Positions 1 through 13,192 of a stretch of DNA of 64,000 nucleotides are shown piece after piece. The DNA lies in contig CM052817.1 of NCBI GenBank assembly GCA_028534125.1, positions 9,736,001 through 9,800,000 of the forward strand. The letters run 5' to 3'. This stretch comes from Lama glama (Eukaryota). The position numbers and the translations under genes were made by a program. The first letter of the stretch is position 1. The number at the start of each line of letters is the position of its first letter. The notes beneath the pieces were generated by a model. The model ran no database searches, was not told the DNA's origin, and saw only the letters and a program-made list of their open reading frames with translations.

Positions 1-1870
1 ACTGTCATTTAAACTTCTGATTCCCATTAATTGACTAATTAGTCAAAATTAATTGTCCCATTAATTGACTAAAGCTGGGTTTGTGGGGAACAACTTGGTT
101 AATATATAAAACATTGACCTGAGTTCTAATTCCATGTCTGCCGCTATCTACCAATGTGTGGGACCTTGGGCAAGTTACTTGCCCTTTCTGGGACTTCAGT
201 TTTCTCATCTGTGCAGATGTGAGTGTTAAGGGGTGATAAATAACACATATTAATTATCTATAACACACATAGAAAGGACTCTCCCAGGCAAGTGCTTCTC
301 TGTTATGGGAAATCAGTCAGCAACAACCCAGTTCAAGAGTTAACTGACCTTCAGCCAATCATTATTTTCTTTGTTTAACTAGTCTTACTGTGATTCTTTC
401 CACTCATTTTTCCTAAAATGCCCCTACCAGAATGATTCTGTGAATTACTATAGATTTTTCCCCTTATGTGCAAGATTGTAATGAAACATTGGCATATGCT
501 TGTAATTGAACTGTTTGAAAAGTATTCCCTAACAGAAGAGAGACAGTAAGTCAAAGTGGGTAGGAGTGTGGACCCAGTTTCCTCATCTATCGTATAGGAT
601 AGTGAGTCTCTCCCTACCAGGATAGCCTGAGAATTACATGCTGTATAGAACTTCGTAGAGAGCCTGGCAGAGGAAACACTAAATATTAGCTGCTACTTTT
701 ACCTATAAAGTGAAGAGGTTGGACAAGGTGCTCTCCTTGGTCTCCTCCAGTTCTCAGTTTCTGGGACCCTAGATATAGCACCTTGAAAGATGTTTCTTTA
801 GGTTAATTCTACAAATTAATTTAACTGAAGAAAGGAAGGACTCAGAGTTAGACTTGGCTGTTAAATGACAGAAAACACAAAACGACAGTGGCTGAAACAA
901 GATAAAAATTTTTTTTCTCTGTCTCATGGTATTAGTTATCTATTGCTGCATAACAAATTACCCCAAAACTTCCTGGCTTAAGATGACACCAATTGTTTCA
1001 CAGTTTCTGAGGATCGACAATTCCAGAGTGGCTTAGCTGGGTCATTCTAGCTCAGCTTCTTTGCAGTTAAGCTGGCAGTTAAGCTGGTAGTCTAGCCACA
1101 TAAAATAAAATAGAAGTCACAATGACTCTGCAAGGTTAACAATGAATACATAAGAGATGGCTGTGAAATATTTACCAACTGTAAATGTCCAACTTGAGTC
1201 AGCTTTAGGATGGGTCAAAATAAAAGGAATGCTATTATTCATGAAGAATTACAGATTTACACATGTTTAATTTTGCCTGTCTCAATATAAACATTCTTGA
1301 GAAATCTCTCTCTCTCTTTTTTTTTTTTACATACAGCATAATACTTCTATGATCTTCCTCTCCAAATATAAGGGTGAATTATGCATTGATGATAGCTATC
1401 AGCCATCAAAAGACTAACTGTATACCAAGTGCCACATTATCTGACAACATAATGAAGTATGTTCTGTCAACCCAAGTTGACAGATGAGGGAACCAAAGCT
1501 CAGAGAAGCACAAGTAAGATTTGAAGTCAGATCTCTCATTTTCACTGCACTGCCATGCACTTTCTGGCTTGTACAGCATTGCACTTCACTTTCTGTCAAA
1601 CACAAGTCCTGCCATATAGCCTTGCTGAACTCTTCATTGGTGAAAAGGGGTGCAGAAAGTCTGCGATAATATAGGGCAGAACAGGAGGCAGACCCACACT
1701 GCTTCAAGGTTCATTGCTAGGTGCTGGCAAGCTTTCAGCTAGATTAATGATAGAAGATCTGAAATAATAATTAAGAGCCAATAAACTGCATGGTACTGAC
1801 AATGCAAGTAGAATAAGACTTCAACCTGAGAGCTCAGATGCCAAGGGTACCTGAACTTGACCATCCCTTA

Positions 1871-2040
1871 CAGTGTTCCTCAAAATATGGTTTTCTGGAA
1901 ACTGATTAGAATCTTAACAAGTCCTTTAAAAGGTTTTATTTCTGAGACTCATTTTAGAAATTCGATTCAGTACATTTGGGGCAAGGTCTCAGACTCTACA
2001 TGTGATTCTTTAATTATAACTAAAGTTTAAGAAATACTAT
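1871..2040. mobile_element. MER5-like hAT-Charlie non-autonomous DNA transposon
   Basis: Begins cagtgttcctcaaa and ends aagtttaagaaatacta (degenerate TIRs); internal ttcgattcagtacatttggggcaagg motif is typical of MER5. Confidence 0.55.
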
Positions 2041-2089
2041 TCCAGTTACTAACTATGCATCCATGATTAAAACTATTTTTCAAACTTGA

Positions 2090-2209
2090 GGGGGTGGGTA
2101 TAGCTCTGTGGTGAGGGTATGCCTATCATGCATGAGATCTGGAGTTCAATCCCCAGTACCTCCATTAAATAAATAAATAAACCTAATTACCCCCCCCAAA
2201 AAAAACCTC
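2090..2209 (+). mobile_element. tRNA-derived SINE (camelid Vic-1-like)
   Basis: A-box/B-box head (gtatagctctgtgg ... gagttcaatcccc), then (aaat)n, cctaattac and A tail; TSD tcaaacttga at 2080-2089 and 2210-2219. Confidence 0.85.
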
Positions 2210-2554
2210 TCAAACTTGACAGTTGGTTGTAGAGTTCATGGAACTCATGATATCATTTGCAAAATACAATGACACAATACGCTAAGTGTAATATAGCTAA
2301 CTTCAGAAGATAGATTACTATAGAAATAATATAGACTTCAAAAATAAACAGACCGGAGCTCAAATCTCTCCTCTGCTGTTTAGTAGTTACCAAATTATGG
2401 GTAAGTTCCTGAACATATCTGAACCTTAGTCTCCGCTGCTTTGAAATATTGATTATAATACCTTGATGGGTTATATAATAGCTTGATGGGTTATTGTGAA
2501 GCTAATATACATACAATGCTTGGCATATGGTAGCCATTCACTTGATGACAGGTT

Positions 2555-2730
2555 TTCTTTTGTTTTGTTTTGTTTTTTGGTTTTGGTTTTTGCTTTTTTT
2601 TTTGTGGGGGAGAGGTAATTAGGTTTGTTTATTTATTTATTTATTTTTTAATGGAGGTACTGGGGATTCAACCCAGGACCCCATGCATGCTAAGTCTGCC
2701 CTCTACCACTTGAGCTATACTCTCCCCCAC
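2555..2730 (-). mobile_element. tRNA-derived SINE (Vic-1-like)
   Basis: Reverse copy of the same SINE with a T-rich tail; TSD tgacaggtt at 2546-2554 and 2731-2739. Confidence 0.85.
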
Positions 2731-5293
2731 TGACAGGTTATTTCATTGTTAAACATCTAACACGATATAAAATAAAATACTGTGTCTTAATAGGCTCTGT
2801 TAAGTATTAAGAGATATCAGGGGCCAAAGGTTTCAAAGTGGTTTGAGCCGCCATAGTGGTTCAGCACACCAGTCACGTTGTCTCGGCTCAAATCCCGGCT
2901 GGTCGGCTTTCTCACTTACTCCCAGCAGAGTAAGTCAGAACGTCCTATACCTTCTGGGTATGAGGTCTTTGTTAACACTGTTAAGCCACAAGCCTGTGCT
3001 ATTCTGTTGAATAAACTGTGAAGTGGAAATAATACTACTACTTCTCTGACAGGATTATGCAAGGATGAAATGGGATTATGCAGGTAAAGAGTTTATGACA
3101 CTGCCTGGCAAGTGACCAAAGTGCTTTAAAAAAAAAAGAGAGAGAAAGCAAAGGAAAGAAAAAACAGCTCATTTCTATTATTATTCAACAAATGCTTCCT
3201 GTATGTCAGAAACTCCAGATTCAGTATCTCCAAAAGTGATCTCACCGTCTTCTCTGTCCTCTGAGTTTGCCAAGCCTCTGTGTTCTCATCGCCCTGACTT
3301 TTATCACTGTTCACCTAGTTACTCTAGCTAGAATTACAACAGCAAACAAACCTGAGTACAAGTCACTGTTCTAGGGACTTTTGGTATTAAATTCTATGCA
3401 TTCACAGAATGACTACGTGGAGTACAGTTACTATTATCATCCTTAACTTTACGGAGGTGAAAACTGAGATGGAGAGGATCTTTAATTCGCCCAAGGTTAT
3501 CCTGTTCGTAGCGGAGCCAAGGTTCTCGTGCAGGCATTTCAGCCCAGGAAACTGTATCTTTACTGTACGTGATGCAGCCTTTGGAGGCTTTGGAGTTATT
3601 TTAAAAGCTTTCACTCTCCATCACTTCAATATCTGATAAAATGCACAGTCCTCTTAAATGTCTCAAATCCGTCCCTTTCTCAGCTCACACTGATATGGAC
3701 CTAGTTTAGGCCCTACTTACCTGTTGCTGGAACTAGCAGTCTCCCTGATTTTAGGTTCTCATTCGATCCTTCTGCCAAACCAACTAGTCAGAAATGTTTC
3801 TAAAACATAGATCTGATAACTAATTCCCCCTTAATTAAAAGCATTTAATGGTGCCCCAATTTCTACAGAAGAGGATGCAGATACTCTGATGTGTCATTCA
3901 GTGAGGCATCTGGTACAGTACCTCACTTACAATAGTGAATACATTGCATTTTGCTTTTATCAATATGACCGTGTCTTTTTCCCCATGAAAATGGGTCCTT
4001 TTTGAAGGTAGGGTCACTGTTTTCTTCATCTTTATATAACCCATATCTCCCCAGGCCCCAGCAGCCTGCAGATACAAATGATTAATATCAAACAATATCA
4101 TTAATATGTGAATGTAAATGATTCATTGCTTCACCAGCCGTTGCACAATCTGTAGCTTCAGGAGAAACCACCCACCATTACTGAGCAGCACTTCTGAGTC
4201 CCCAGGGATGGCTTTCACAGGCTCAGTAACAAATCCACTCCTTGTAGAGCCATGCTGCCACCCCAGGTGACAAGTGAGCCACTGTGTCTCTTCCATTCTT
4301 CCCCTGTGCCATGTATTCTCAGATAGTCATTGTGAGCTTAGGTGCCAAGTGAAGAATGGCTTTCTTCTTTGTGACTGTCAGAGGGGTCCCAAAGGAGGCT
4401 TGCTTCAGCATCATGAGTCAGTGAAGCAGCTTTCAACTGTATTCACTCAGAGAACCTCTAGCCCCCTGGGCATCAGATACGCTGTTGGGGGTCTAAGCCA
4501 GGGCAAATGTGAGGTACAGCTGTACCATCATATTCAGAATCCCTCCTTCACTCCAACAATGGTTTTAATATTTATCCAGCTTGTTTCTTTTTACCTCAAG
4601 ATGATCTGCCTTGCATAAGTTACCACAGCAAATTTGGTGAAACTTTTATGGGGCCACCCTACCACTATGCTGAAAGTATCTAAAATGATCTGCATCCCAG
4701 AGTACCCATAGGAATATGCCCAAGGAATATGCTCCAAGCTACATTTGTCTCACCCCTTCCTGCTCTCCTCACCAGCTCCACTGCTGGAGATTCGTGCACA
4801 CTAGAGCCTCAATCAGTGGTTTTTAATCTGTAATAATAGTTGAAATTTGATGCCACTTGAGCAGAGCTAGAGTTTATCTGAGGAAGGAACACAAACTTAC
4901 GATGCAACTACCTGGCTTTCAGCCAAACGCCACAGACGCTCTGATATTTAAGGAAAACAAAAAACGAAAACAAAAGCAATGAGCTCTCAGCTGAGATGGA
5001 TTTAGCTGTTGCTGGAACTCTGATGACCACAGTATACATGCACCTATGTTCTCCAAAGGAAGCCTCCAAAACAATTTGGGTCACAAGTGTATTACTCAAG
5101 ACTACATGCCACACCCTTCGGCTAAGGAAGAGGAAGCTGATTCACTCTGCTTGTGGCCATTTGCAAACAGAATTGCATCAAGTTCCTATTGACACACTCT
5201 TTTAAAAAGACCATTTGAGTTATCTTGTTCCTGTAACGTAAGTCTTTTAGGTTGATTTGACTTTTCAGATTTTAAGTAATGAGGTGGTGGTTG

Positions 5294-5793
5294 NNNNNNN
5301 NNNNNNNNNNNNNNNNNNNNNNNNNNNNNNNNNNNNNNNNNNNNNNNNNNNNNNNNNNNNNNNNNNNNNNNNNNNNNNNNNNNNNNNNNNNNNNNNNNNN
5401 NNNNNNNNNNNNNNNNNNNNNNNNNNNNNNNNNNNNNNNNNNNNNNNNNNNNNNNNNNNNNNNNNNNNNNNNNNNNNNNNNNNNNNNNNNNNNNNNNNNN
5501 NNNNNNNNNNNNNNNNNNNNNNNNNNNNNNNNNNNNNNNNNNNNNNNNNNNNNNNNNNNNNNNNNNNNNNNNNNNNNNNNNNNNNNNNNNNNNNNNNNNN
5601 NNNNNNNNNNNNNNNNNNNNNNNNNNNNNNNNNNNNNNNNNNNNNNNNNNNNNNNNNNNNNNNNNNNNNNNNNNNNNNNNNNNNNNNNNNNNNNNNNNNN
5701 NNNNNNNNNNNNNNNNNNNNNNNNNNNNNNNNNNNNNNNNNNNNNNNNNNNNNNNNNNNNNNNNNNNNNNNNNNNNNNNNNNNNNNNNNNNNN
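5294..5793. other. assembly gap (500 N)
   Basis: Run of N; an L1 3' end follows directly. Confidence 1.
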
Positions 5794-5945
5794 AATGTTA
5801 CGATAACTCACAGAGAAAAAAATGTGACAATGAGTGTGTATATGTCCATGAACAATTGAAAAATTGTGCTGAACACTGGAATTTGACACAACATTGTAAA
5901 ATGATTATAAATCAATAAAAAATGTTAAAAAATAAATAAATAAAC
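5794..5945 (+). mobile_element. LINE-1 3' end
   Basis: L1 3'UTR terminus (gacacaacattgtaaaatgattataaatcaataaaaaa) with an A-rich tail. Confidence 0.75.
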
Positions 5946-5999
5946 TGGATGCATCTGTGAGAATGTCACAAAAAAATAAAAATAAAAAATAAATAAAAC

Positions 6000-7659
6000 A
6001 TATCACAAGCTAATTATGGGTTGAAACCAGCAAGTGTTTTTAGTAGAAAATGCCAGAGCAATTTAAAGTCCAAATAAGGACTATGCCTGCTGCCACAAAT
6101 ACCATGATCAACCTTGGCCACTGTTAGGAGAAATGATAAATGGAGAGGGGGTGATAAATAAAACATGAATTGGCTAAGATATTTTGATTGCTGTCTTCTC
6201 ATTTGATTTCTTGGTGTAAGATGGTCAACTTAACTGTCACCTCACTGGAAAAGCTAATAACTGTACAAATAAATTTTTGGTTAATGTAATGTAATTCAGT
6301 TAGTTGTGAAGGAATTTCATCTGCTAGTGACAGAAGTTATCAAGATTTTCAGTTACAAATGTTCAGTCTATTTGTCAGAAAACATCTGGAGTGATCTCTT
6401 AAATTTATAATTTATAACATTTTAATCAAACTAATACAAATTACATAAAACTATTTTTAAAATAAAAATAAAGCATGATAAAGTGAGAACTGTTCAACTG
6501 CTAGATCTGGGTTGTAAAATAGTGACAATATGGAGAAAAATATTCATTTTAAACAGCAAAATTTCTAAAAAGAAAAGGAAGAAAATACTTAAAGTTTATA
6601 ATGAAGATAATTAAATATGTGGGTTTATCAAATTACCAATGATATTTTTAAAACAAAAATTTTAAATATTCAAAGTTAAAAAGCTACTTGGAAACAACAT
6701 GCTGAACTTATTGATAAAGAAAGGGGGAAAATACATTCAAGTTCCCAATGTAATTTCTTAGTCATTTCACCACTGTTGGTGATAATACCTTACTATCATC
6801 ATTTAGGCATATTGAGAGACACAAGAGAAAATGACTTACATATTTTCCTCCAGCATGTTTAGATATGGTGTATGTAACTTTAAATCCCATCTAATTGATT
6901 AAAAGCTATGCAGAGTGATAGCACAGTGGCTCATTTATTTTTTATTACTGGAGAAAAATAGAAGCAATACTTCTCATAAATCTGCAGAGACTGCAAAATC
7001 TAATTTGATGAAAACAAGCTGCATAACATTTTTAGTTTGTTGGATAGATACGTAGTAAGATCAGCACAGGATACATTATGTTGTTTAAATATAACATCAC
7101 ACAAAACTAAATTAAATATATTTATAGTCGATAATATATTGCTTGGTAATACAGGTGTAAGAGAAGTTTTATGATGGATAATGTCAAGCAAACGTAAGAA
7201 TAGAGACAATAATATAATGAACACCCCCATTCATCCAATACCTGGTTTCAATAATTATCAGCTAACACACAATATAATAAAATTCTGTCAACCAAACTCA
7301 TTCTACTGAATTTATTGAGGTATTGAAAAACACAAAGTTATTTTTATTAAATATTGAATACTACTTGGTCATCTGTTTTTTCCAGTTGAAAAGAAATTAC
7401 TCTTTGGAAAATATTTCCAAAGACAGTAGCTAAGTAATAACATGACATAGTGAAATGATATTTTCAGCATTCTCAATGAACTGTCTCTACAACTACAGGG
7501 ATTTATTTCAACAGTCAAGCATATCTGAGGGTTCCAAAAAGCATTAGTGTCATGGCGGTTATCCCCTAGCTATTACACATTACCCACGTTTTTACAACAT
7601 ATGGAAGACATTTTAAGAGAAATACATTGTTATATCTAACCTTTCTGATGCAAACTTTT
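6000..7659 (+). mobile_element. degenerate hAT/Charlie (FAM200-family) transposon, 5' part
   Basis: Colinear with the FAM200B region of this window. Examples: gttcaactgctagatctg (6492) vs gttcaactgctgggtctg (32192); catgctgaacttattgataa (6698) vs catgctgaacttcttgataa (32457); ccagcatgtttagatatggtg (6850) vs ccagcatgtctggatatggtg (32643); gatattttcagcattctcaatgaact (7458) vs gatatttttggcattctgaatgaact (33439). Confidence 0.85.
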
Positions 7660-10600
7660 GTAAAAACTTTATGGAGGCATAACTCACATACAACAAAACA
7701 CACACATTTAAAATGTAAAATCTGATGTTTTGACAAAGGCATAAACACAAGAAACTATCACCTGAATCAAAAAAATATCTCCACCATCCCCAAGTCTCAT
7801 GGTGCCTTTGGGTTAGCCCTCCCTCTTGCTCTCCTCGATCCCATCCCTGCCTCTCTACCCCAGGCAATTACTGATCTTTCTGTCTCTATGTCTTTAGTTT
7901 GCATTTTCTAGAATTTTATATAAATGTAATCACATGGAATATACCTTTTGTCTGATTTCTTTCCCTCAGCATAACTAGTTTTGAAACTCATCCATGTTAT
8001 GATGAGTATCAATATTTCATTCTTTTTTATTGCTGAGTAGTATTCCATTGTATGTTTTCTACTGTATACCAGTTTACTCACTTGTTGATGGACACTTTGG
8101 TTATTTCTAATTTTGTTTATTACAAAATGACAGAACTACTAAAACATTTGTGTAAAAGTCTATGTATGGACAAATATTTCCTTTTCTCTACGGTAAATAC
8201 CTAAGAGTAGAATGGCTAGATCATATTGTAGATGCATATTTAACTTCAGAAGAAATTGCCAAAGTATTTTCCAAAGTGGTTGTACCGTTTCACATTCTTT
8301 ACCCCTGGCAATATTATTTGTTATGAAATCTACTTTGTCTAATAACAGTAGTCACTCCAGCTTTCTTCTGGTTGGTGTTACCATCACATATCTTCACATC
8401 CTTTTATTGTTCACCTATTTGTGTCTTATAAGCAGTGTATAATTGGGTCTTGCTTTTTTATCCAATCCAATAGTCTTTGCATTTTAACTGCAATATAGAG
8501 CCAGCGGTTCCCAACTGAAAGTGGTTTTGTCCCCCAAGAAACATTTGACAATATCTGGAGGTATTTTTTAAATAACCTTTTAAAAATGTAAAAACTATTT
8601 TTAGATTGCAGGCAACACACCAGCAAGGTTGCAGACCATAGTTAGTTGTCAGTCTCTACTGTATTTCCTTCTGCCTGAAAGACTGGACTTGCTTTAACAT
8701 ATCTTATATTACAGGTCTCTTCTAATGATGAATTCTTTCAGCTTTTGTCTGAAAAATCACTTTGCCTATACAAATGAAACGTATAGATACAGTATAAATC
8801 CTATTTCAAAGAAACAAGTGTGAAGCAGGAAAGGTATTTTCTCCAGGCACAGAATTCTTTCCAGTACATTAAATAACTGATTACTCGATTGAATTATTTA
8901 CTAAAAGATACCTGATGTCTTTCTCATCTCAGAAACAGTGCCTTTTTTCCTTTGGTCTCTAAGATTTATCTTTTTTTCCCCTAAGATTTTATCTTTATCA
9001 TTGGTATTAAGCAATTTGATTATGATTTGCCTTGCTATAGTTTTTTTCATGCTTCTTGTGCTTGGGGTTCATTGATCTTCTTAGATCTACGGGCTTATAA
9101 TCTCCATATTTAAAAAAAAACTTTTTAGCTATTTCCTTAAATAAATTCTTCAGATTTCTCCTCTCACCCTTTAGTCTCCTTACAGGCATATTAGACAGTT
9201 ATGCACAGCTCACTCGTGGTCTTTTTCTGTGCTTAATTTTGGATAGTTTCTATTGACATGTCTTCAAATTCATCTTTTCTTCTGCAATGTCAAATCTTCC
9301 ATTAATCCCATCCAGTGTTTTATATTTTACATAGTGTAGTTTTCATCTCAAGAAGTTTGGTGTTTTTCTATCTTCCATGTCTCTACTTCACTTTTTGTTA
9401 AAATATGGAATAGGTACAATATAATGGCTGCAAATGTTAACATCTGGATCGGTTTTAGTTGGTTTGTCTCCTTTTTATGGGTCCTCTTTTCCCACTTATT
9501 TGCATCTTTGGTAATTTTTGATTGGATGCCAAACATTGAAAGATTCACCTTTCTAGGTACTGGATATTTTTGTAACCCTGTATATCTTTGTTCTGGCACA
9601 GTTACTTGGAAACAATTTGATATTTTCAGGTCTTGCTTTAAATACAAAGACAGAAGAGTGCTCAGCCTAGGGTCAATTATTTCCAGCTGAGGCAAGACCC
9701 TTCCATGCACTCTACCCAATGCTTTGTGAATGTTTTTCCAGTATGTCTTGTGGGAACAGCCATTATTCCCAGCCCTCTTTGAGTTTATCACGAATACTTT
9801 CAAGTGGTCCTTTCCTCGGCCTCAGGTAATTTCCTCACCTACATGCAGTGATCAGTATGCACCTGAAAACTCAAGGGAGTTTTTTTTCTTATTATTTGAG
9901 TGTAGCTGATTTACAATGTTGTGTTAATTTCAAGTGTACAGCACAGTGGTTCAGTTATACATGTGTATCTGTTCTTTTTCAGGTGCTTTTCCATTATAGG
10001 TTATTACAAGATACTGAATATAATTCTCTGTGCTATACAGTAGGCCTTGTTGGTTATCTATTTTATATACTCCGAATTCCTAATTTATCCCTCCTCCTCT
10101 TTCCCCTTTGGTAAGCATAAGTTTATTCTCTATGTCTGTGAGTCAATTTCTGTCTTGTAAATAAGTCCATTCGTGTCTTTTGTTGTTGTTGTTGTTGTTT
10201 GGGGGGAGGAAGTTAGGTTTAGTATTATTACTTTATTATTTAACAGAGGTACTGGGGATTGAAACCATGACCTCGTGTATGCTAAGCATACACTCTACCA
10301 CTGAGCTATACCTTTCCTCTTTTAGATTCCATATTTAAGCAATATCATATATTTGTTAAATAGAGATTCTTTCCAGATTTCTAGCCTTCACTTTCTGTGC
10401 AGCTCTCTCCTTTCTAGTACTCTGTGCTGCAAATTCTAGCCATCTTGGTTTCACCAGACTCTCAGCTCTAGCTCAAACCAGGGATCCTACCAGGCTCTTC
10501 CTGTGTACCCCATGGAAATTCTCTCAAGGTACCAAGCTGGAGCAATCATAGAACTCACTTTGTTTGTGTACTCTCATTCAGGGTTCATGTCTTTATTGTC

Positions 10601-10682
10601 TCTTCTTCACTGCCCAATGTCCAGTGTCTTTAAAAACATTGTTTCATATATTTTGTCTATTTTTCATTGTTTCAAGCAAGTT
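7660..10682 (-). mobile_element. old L1M insertion(s) with nested younger L1 3' end and SINE
   Basis: Antisense L1 3'UTR (7660-8290) plus ORF-region fragments; flanked by the duplicated motif caaactttt (7651-7659 and 10683-10691); nested L1 3' end at about 9880-10350. Confidence 0.7.
10200..10320 (-). mobile_element. tRNA-derived SINE (Vic-1-like) nested in L1
   Basis: gaggtactggggattgaa ... ctaccactgagctata. Confidence 0.8.
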
Positions 10683-11040
10683 CAAACTTTTAACCATTAT
10701 ATCCCAGAAAAAAAATTGATCCATTCAAGAAAAATATCTGGTTATACACACTTGTTTTCCAAAACTCTGAATCAAAAACTGAGTTTATAGACTTGGCAAT
10801 TAAAGAATATGAAATATTACAATTTACTTTTCATAAACACTAAAGAAAAATTATGAGACATTAAACTTATCATCCTTTTGGATGAAAGAAGACTGTCCAC
10901 TGAAAAACAGAATTAATGTTGTTTCACTCATTAGTGCTTTTAATACTTAATCCAATCCAATTAAAAACATAAAATGTTCCTAATTTTTTATTTGTACTGT
11001 ATTTATTTCGGATTATTTCTCTATGCTGCATTTAAATATT
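10683..11040 (+). mobile_element. degenerate hAT/Charlie (FAM200-family) transposon, 3' part
   Basis: caaacttttaaccattatatcccaga matches caaacttttaatcatttcttcccaga (33688); attatgagacattaaactta matches attatgagacattaagttta (33860); similarity continues into the sequence after the FAM200B stop. Confidence 0.85.
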
Positions 11041-11179
11041 AATGAGATTGTATGTAATCATAACTTTTTTCCCCTGCAACACAAAGGTATCATTTTATGA
11101 CATTTTTATTTTAGTCATAAAATCTTTTCTATCAGCTCATTTCTATTGTATTAGAAAATGATCAAGGTAATGGCATTAC

Positions 11180-11348
11180 ATGATAATTAAACTTCCCATC
11201 AGTTCACTGGGAGTCACTGAAAAAGGAAGCAGTGAGCCTGTGACTACAAACCCCTTCTACACGTCAAAAGATGAAGCATCTCAAGATATTTCAATGAAGT
11301 GTAACCAGGCTTGTAGGAGATTTTTTCACATCACTGATTTCACAGCGT
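11180..11348 (-). pseudogene. NCAPG: NCAPG-like fossil exon 6
   Basis: After the acceptor aacag it reads (D)AVKSVM*KNLLQAWLHFIE ... FSVTPSELMG, vs human DAVKQAMQKHLLQGWLRFSE ... FSITPLSELVG; donor gtaat; has a stop and indels. Confidence 0.8.
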
Positions 11349-12712
11349 CTGTTCAGTTATGTAAGCTGTAAAGGAATGTAACTTCCCTCTAGCTTTCACT
11401 TCCTATATTTTGTTACATAATTCGTTTTCTTTAAATTAGTATTAACTTACAGCTAGTATTTATGAGACAAGTAAAAACTAAGCTGGGAAACAAAGCACAC
11501 CAGCACTAAAAGAAATGAGTTGAACAATTCCACAAGTAGAAATTATTTAGGACCAAATAACCAACTATTGTTGCAGCCTATAAGGGTTTTCTTGCATTCT
11601 TTCTACCCTGTATTTCCCAGGCTTCAGGCTTAGGTGCTGTCTAAGCCCCTGTGACTATTGCTCTCAGACTCGAGTTTTAGCTATCATACTGGGCTACAAA
11701 CACCAGAACCACTCAAGGGAGTTGAAAGTTTACTATACACTCTATCGTACCTTCTCATTCACAAAAACTCTAGTTGGAACAAGCAGAAATGCCATCCTGA
11801 CCACCTCTGACATTTTTCTGACCCATGAAAACCTCCAAATGAAGGTATATACAGATGAGGCAAAACTTTAAAAGGAGTAGAAGGTGAAAAAAAGCCCTAC
11901 TTCTAATAAGTTAGCTGTATGGCTTTTGGCAAATATTTAACTCTCTAGGCCTTAGTTTCCCCATATGTAAAAACAGAGAGATTAGAGACGAAAAAGACTA
12001 CAGAGGAACACATGTATATTCCTTAATTCATACATATTAGACCACTGTTTCAAAAATATTATTGAGGACTTTCACCACCTGTTATAAATGCAATAAAATG
12101 TTTATATGCCACCACATAAATATTTTGCCCCACTCCCTGGGAAAAAAAGTCAAACTTTAATCTGGTCAATCATCTACCTTTAAGTGGCAGTTTATGGGAA
12201 ATATACATGATAGACCAGGTTGAGTGACAGTATGAGGATGAAAACAGCCAGATCTAGGATATGGGAAATTCAACTAGACAAATGACCCAGTCTCCACAAC
12301 AAACAAATGTCAAAGAAAAAGAGGGGAAGAGAGCCTGCTATATAATAAAAGCCATAAGAAATATCAAATGAAATGAGATATAGTTTAAATCACAATTCAA
12401 AGAAACAAGCATGAAAAATAATTTTTTGAGAAAATTAGAAAAATCTGAACATTGAATATTAGGTGATATGTTATATAGCTAAGATATGCTTTAAAATAAT
12501 TCTGGCTGAGAGAGGGGTGGGATGTATGAAGTGTGTTCATGTGGGCTTGGTGGGGAGGTAAGGGAAGGAAGAAAAACAAAACTGGCCAAATATTGATAAT
12601 GGTTGAAGCTAGGTGTTGGGTTGTTGGGTTCATTTTATTATTCTCTTTGAAAATTTTCATAGTAGTAAAAAACAGTATGACTTTCAAATCTATTTACTTT
12701 ATGTACATTAAC

Positions 12713-12769
12713 CTGATTTATCACTAGGTCTTGTTGAAGAAATGGAATTCTCTGAGCTAAGCACAAAAT
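12713..12769 (-). pseudogene. NCAPG: NCAPG-like fossil exon 5 (internally deleted)
   Basis: ttttcttaag|ATTTTG ... AQRIPFLQQDL..DKS|gttaat, vs human VL...SIAQRVMLLQQGLNDRS; AG and GT are retained. Confidence 0.75.
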
Positions 12770-13140
12770 CTTAAGAAAACAAAAAGACAAAAAAGTAGTT
12801 GTTAAAGGCCCAATATAATTATCTAACAAGTGATACATTCTGTATCTATTAAGAAAATAAACCACTGAAACCAATAAAATTAATACACTCAATAAGCCTC
12901 AATGATTATCAACACATGGCCCTTTTTTTTTTCACCTAAAACCCCATCCAAAATACCCCCAAACCCTGGTCCCATATTAGAAATGCCTTTTTAAAAGGCT
13001 TATTAGTTTAATTTTGAGTTGCCCTAAAAAAAGAATTTTTTTAGTCTTTGGACCAAAAACCATTTCCTGTGCTTAAATACACTTAGCTCTATTCCCCACA
13101 TTTGACAGGTTCCAGATCATACACATATTGTTAAATAATT

Positions 13141-13154
13141 TTATATATATATAA

Positions 13155-13188
<34 letters not shown>
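13141..13188. repeat. (TA)n microsatellite
   Basis: Seen directly in the sequence. Confidence 0.95.

Positions 13189-13192
<4 letters not shown>

Noticed and set aside
2090..2165. tRNA gene
   Set aside because: tRNA-like head of a SINE with AT-rich tail and TSDs; at least seven copies in the window.
5257..5889. 175-205 aa ORFs in the ORF track
   Set aside because: Artefacts of translating the N gap.
1..6000. FBXL5 coding exons or NCAPG exon 7 onward
   Set aside because: None recognised by eye; the sequence is mostly MIR, L2, MLT and SINE fragments.
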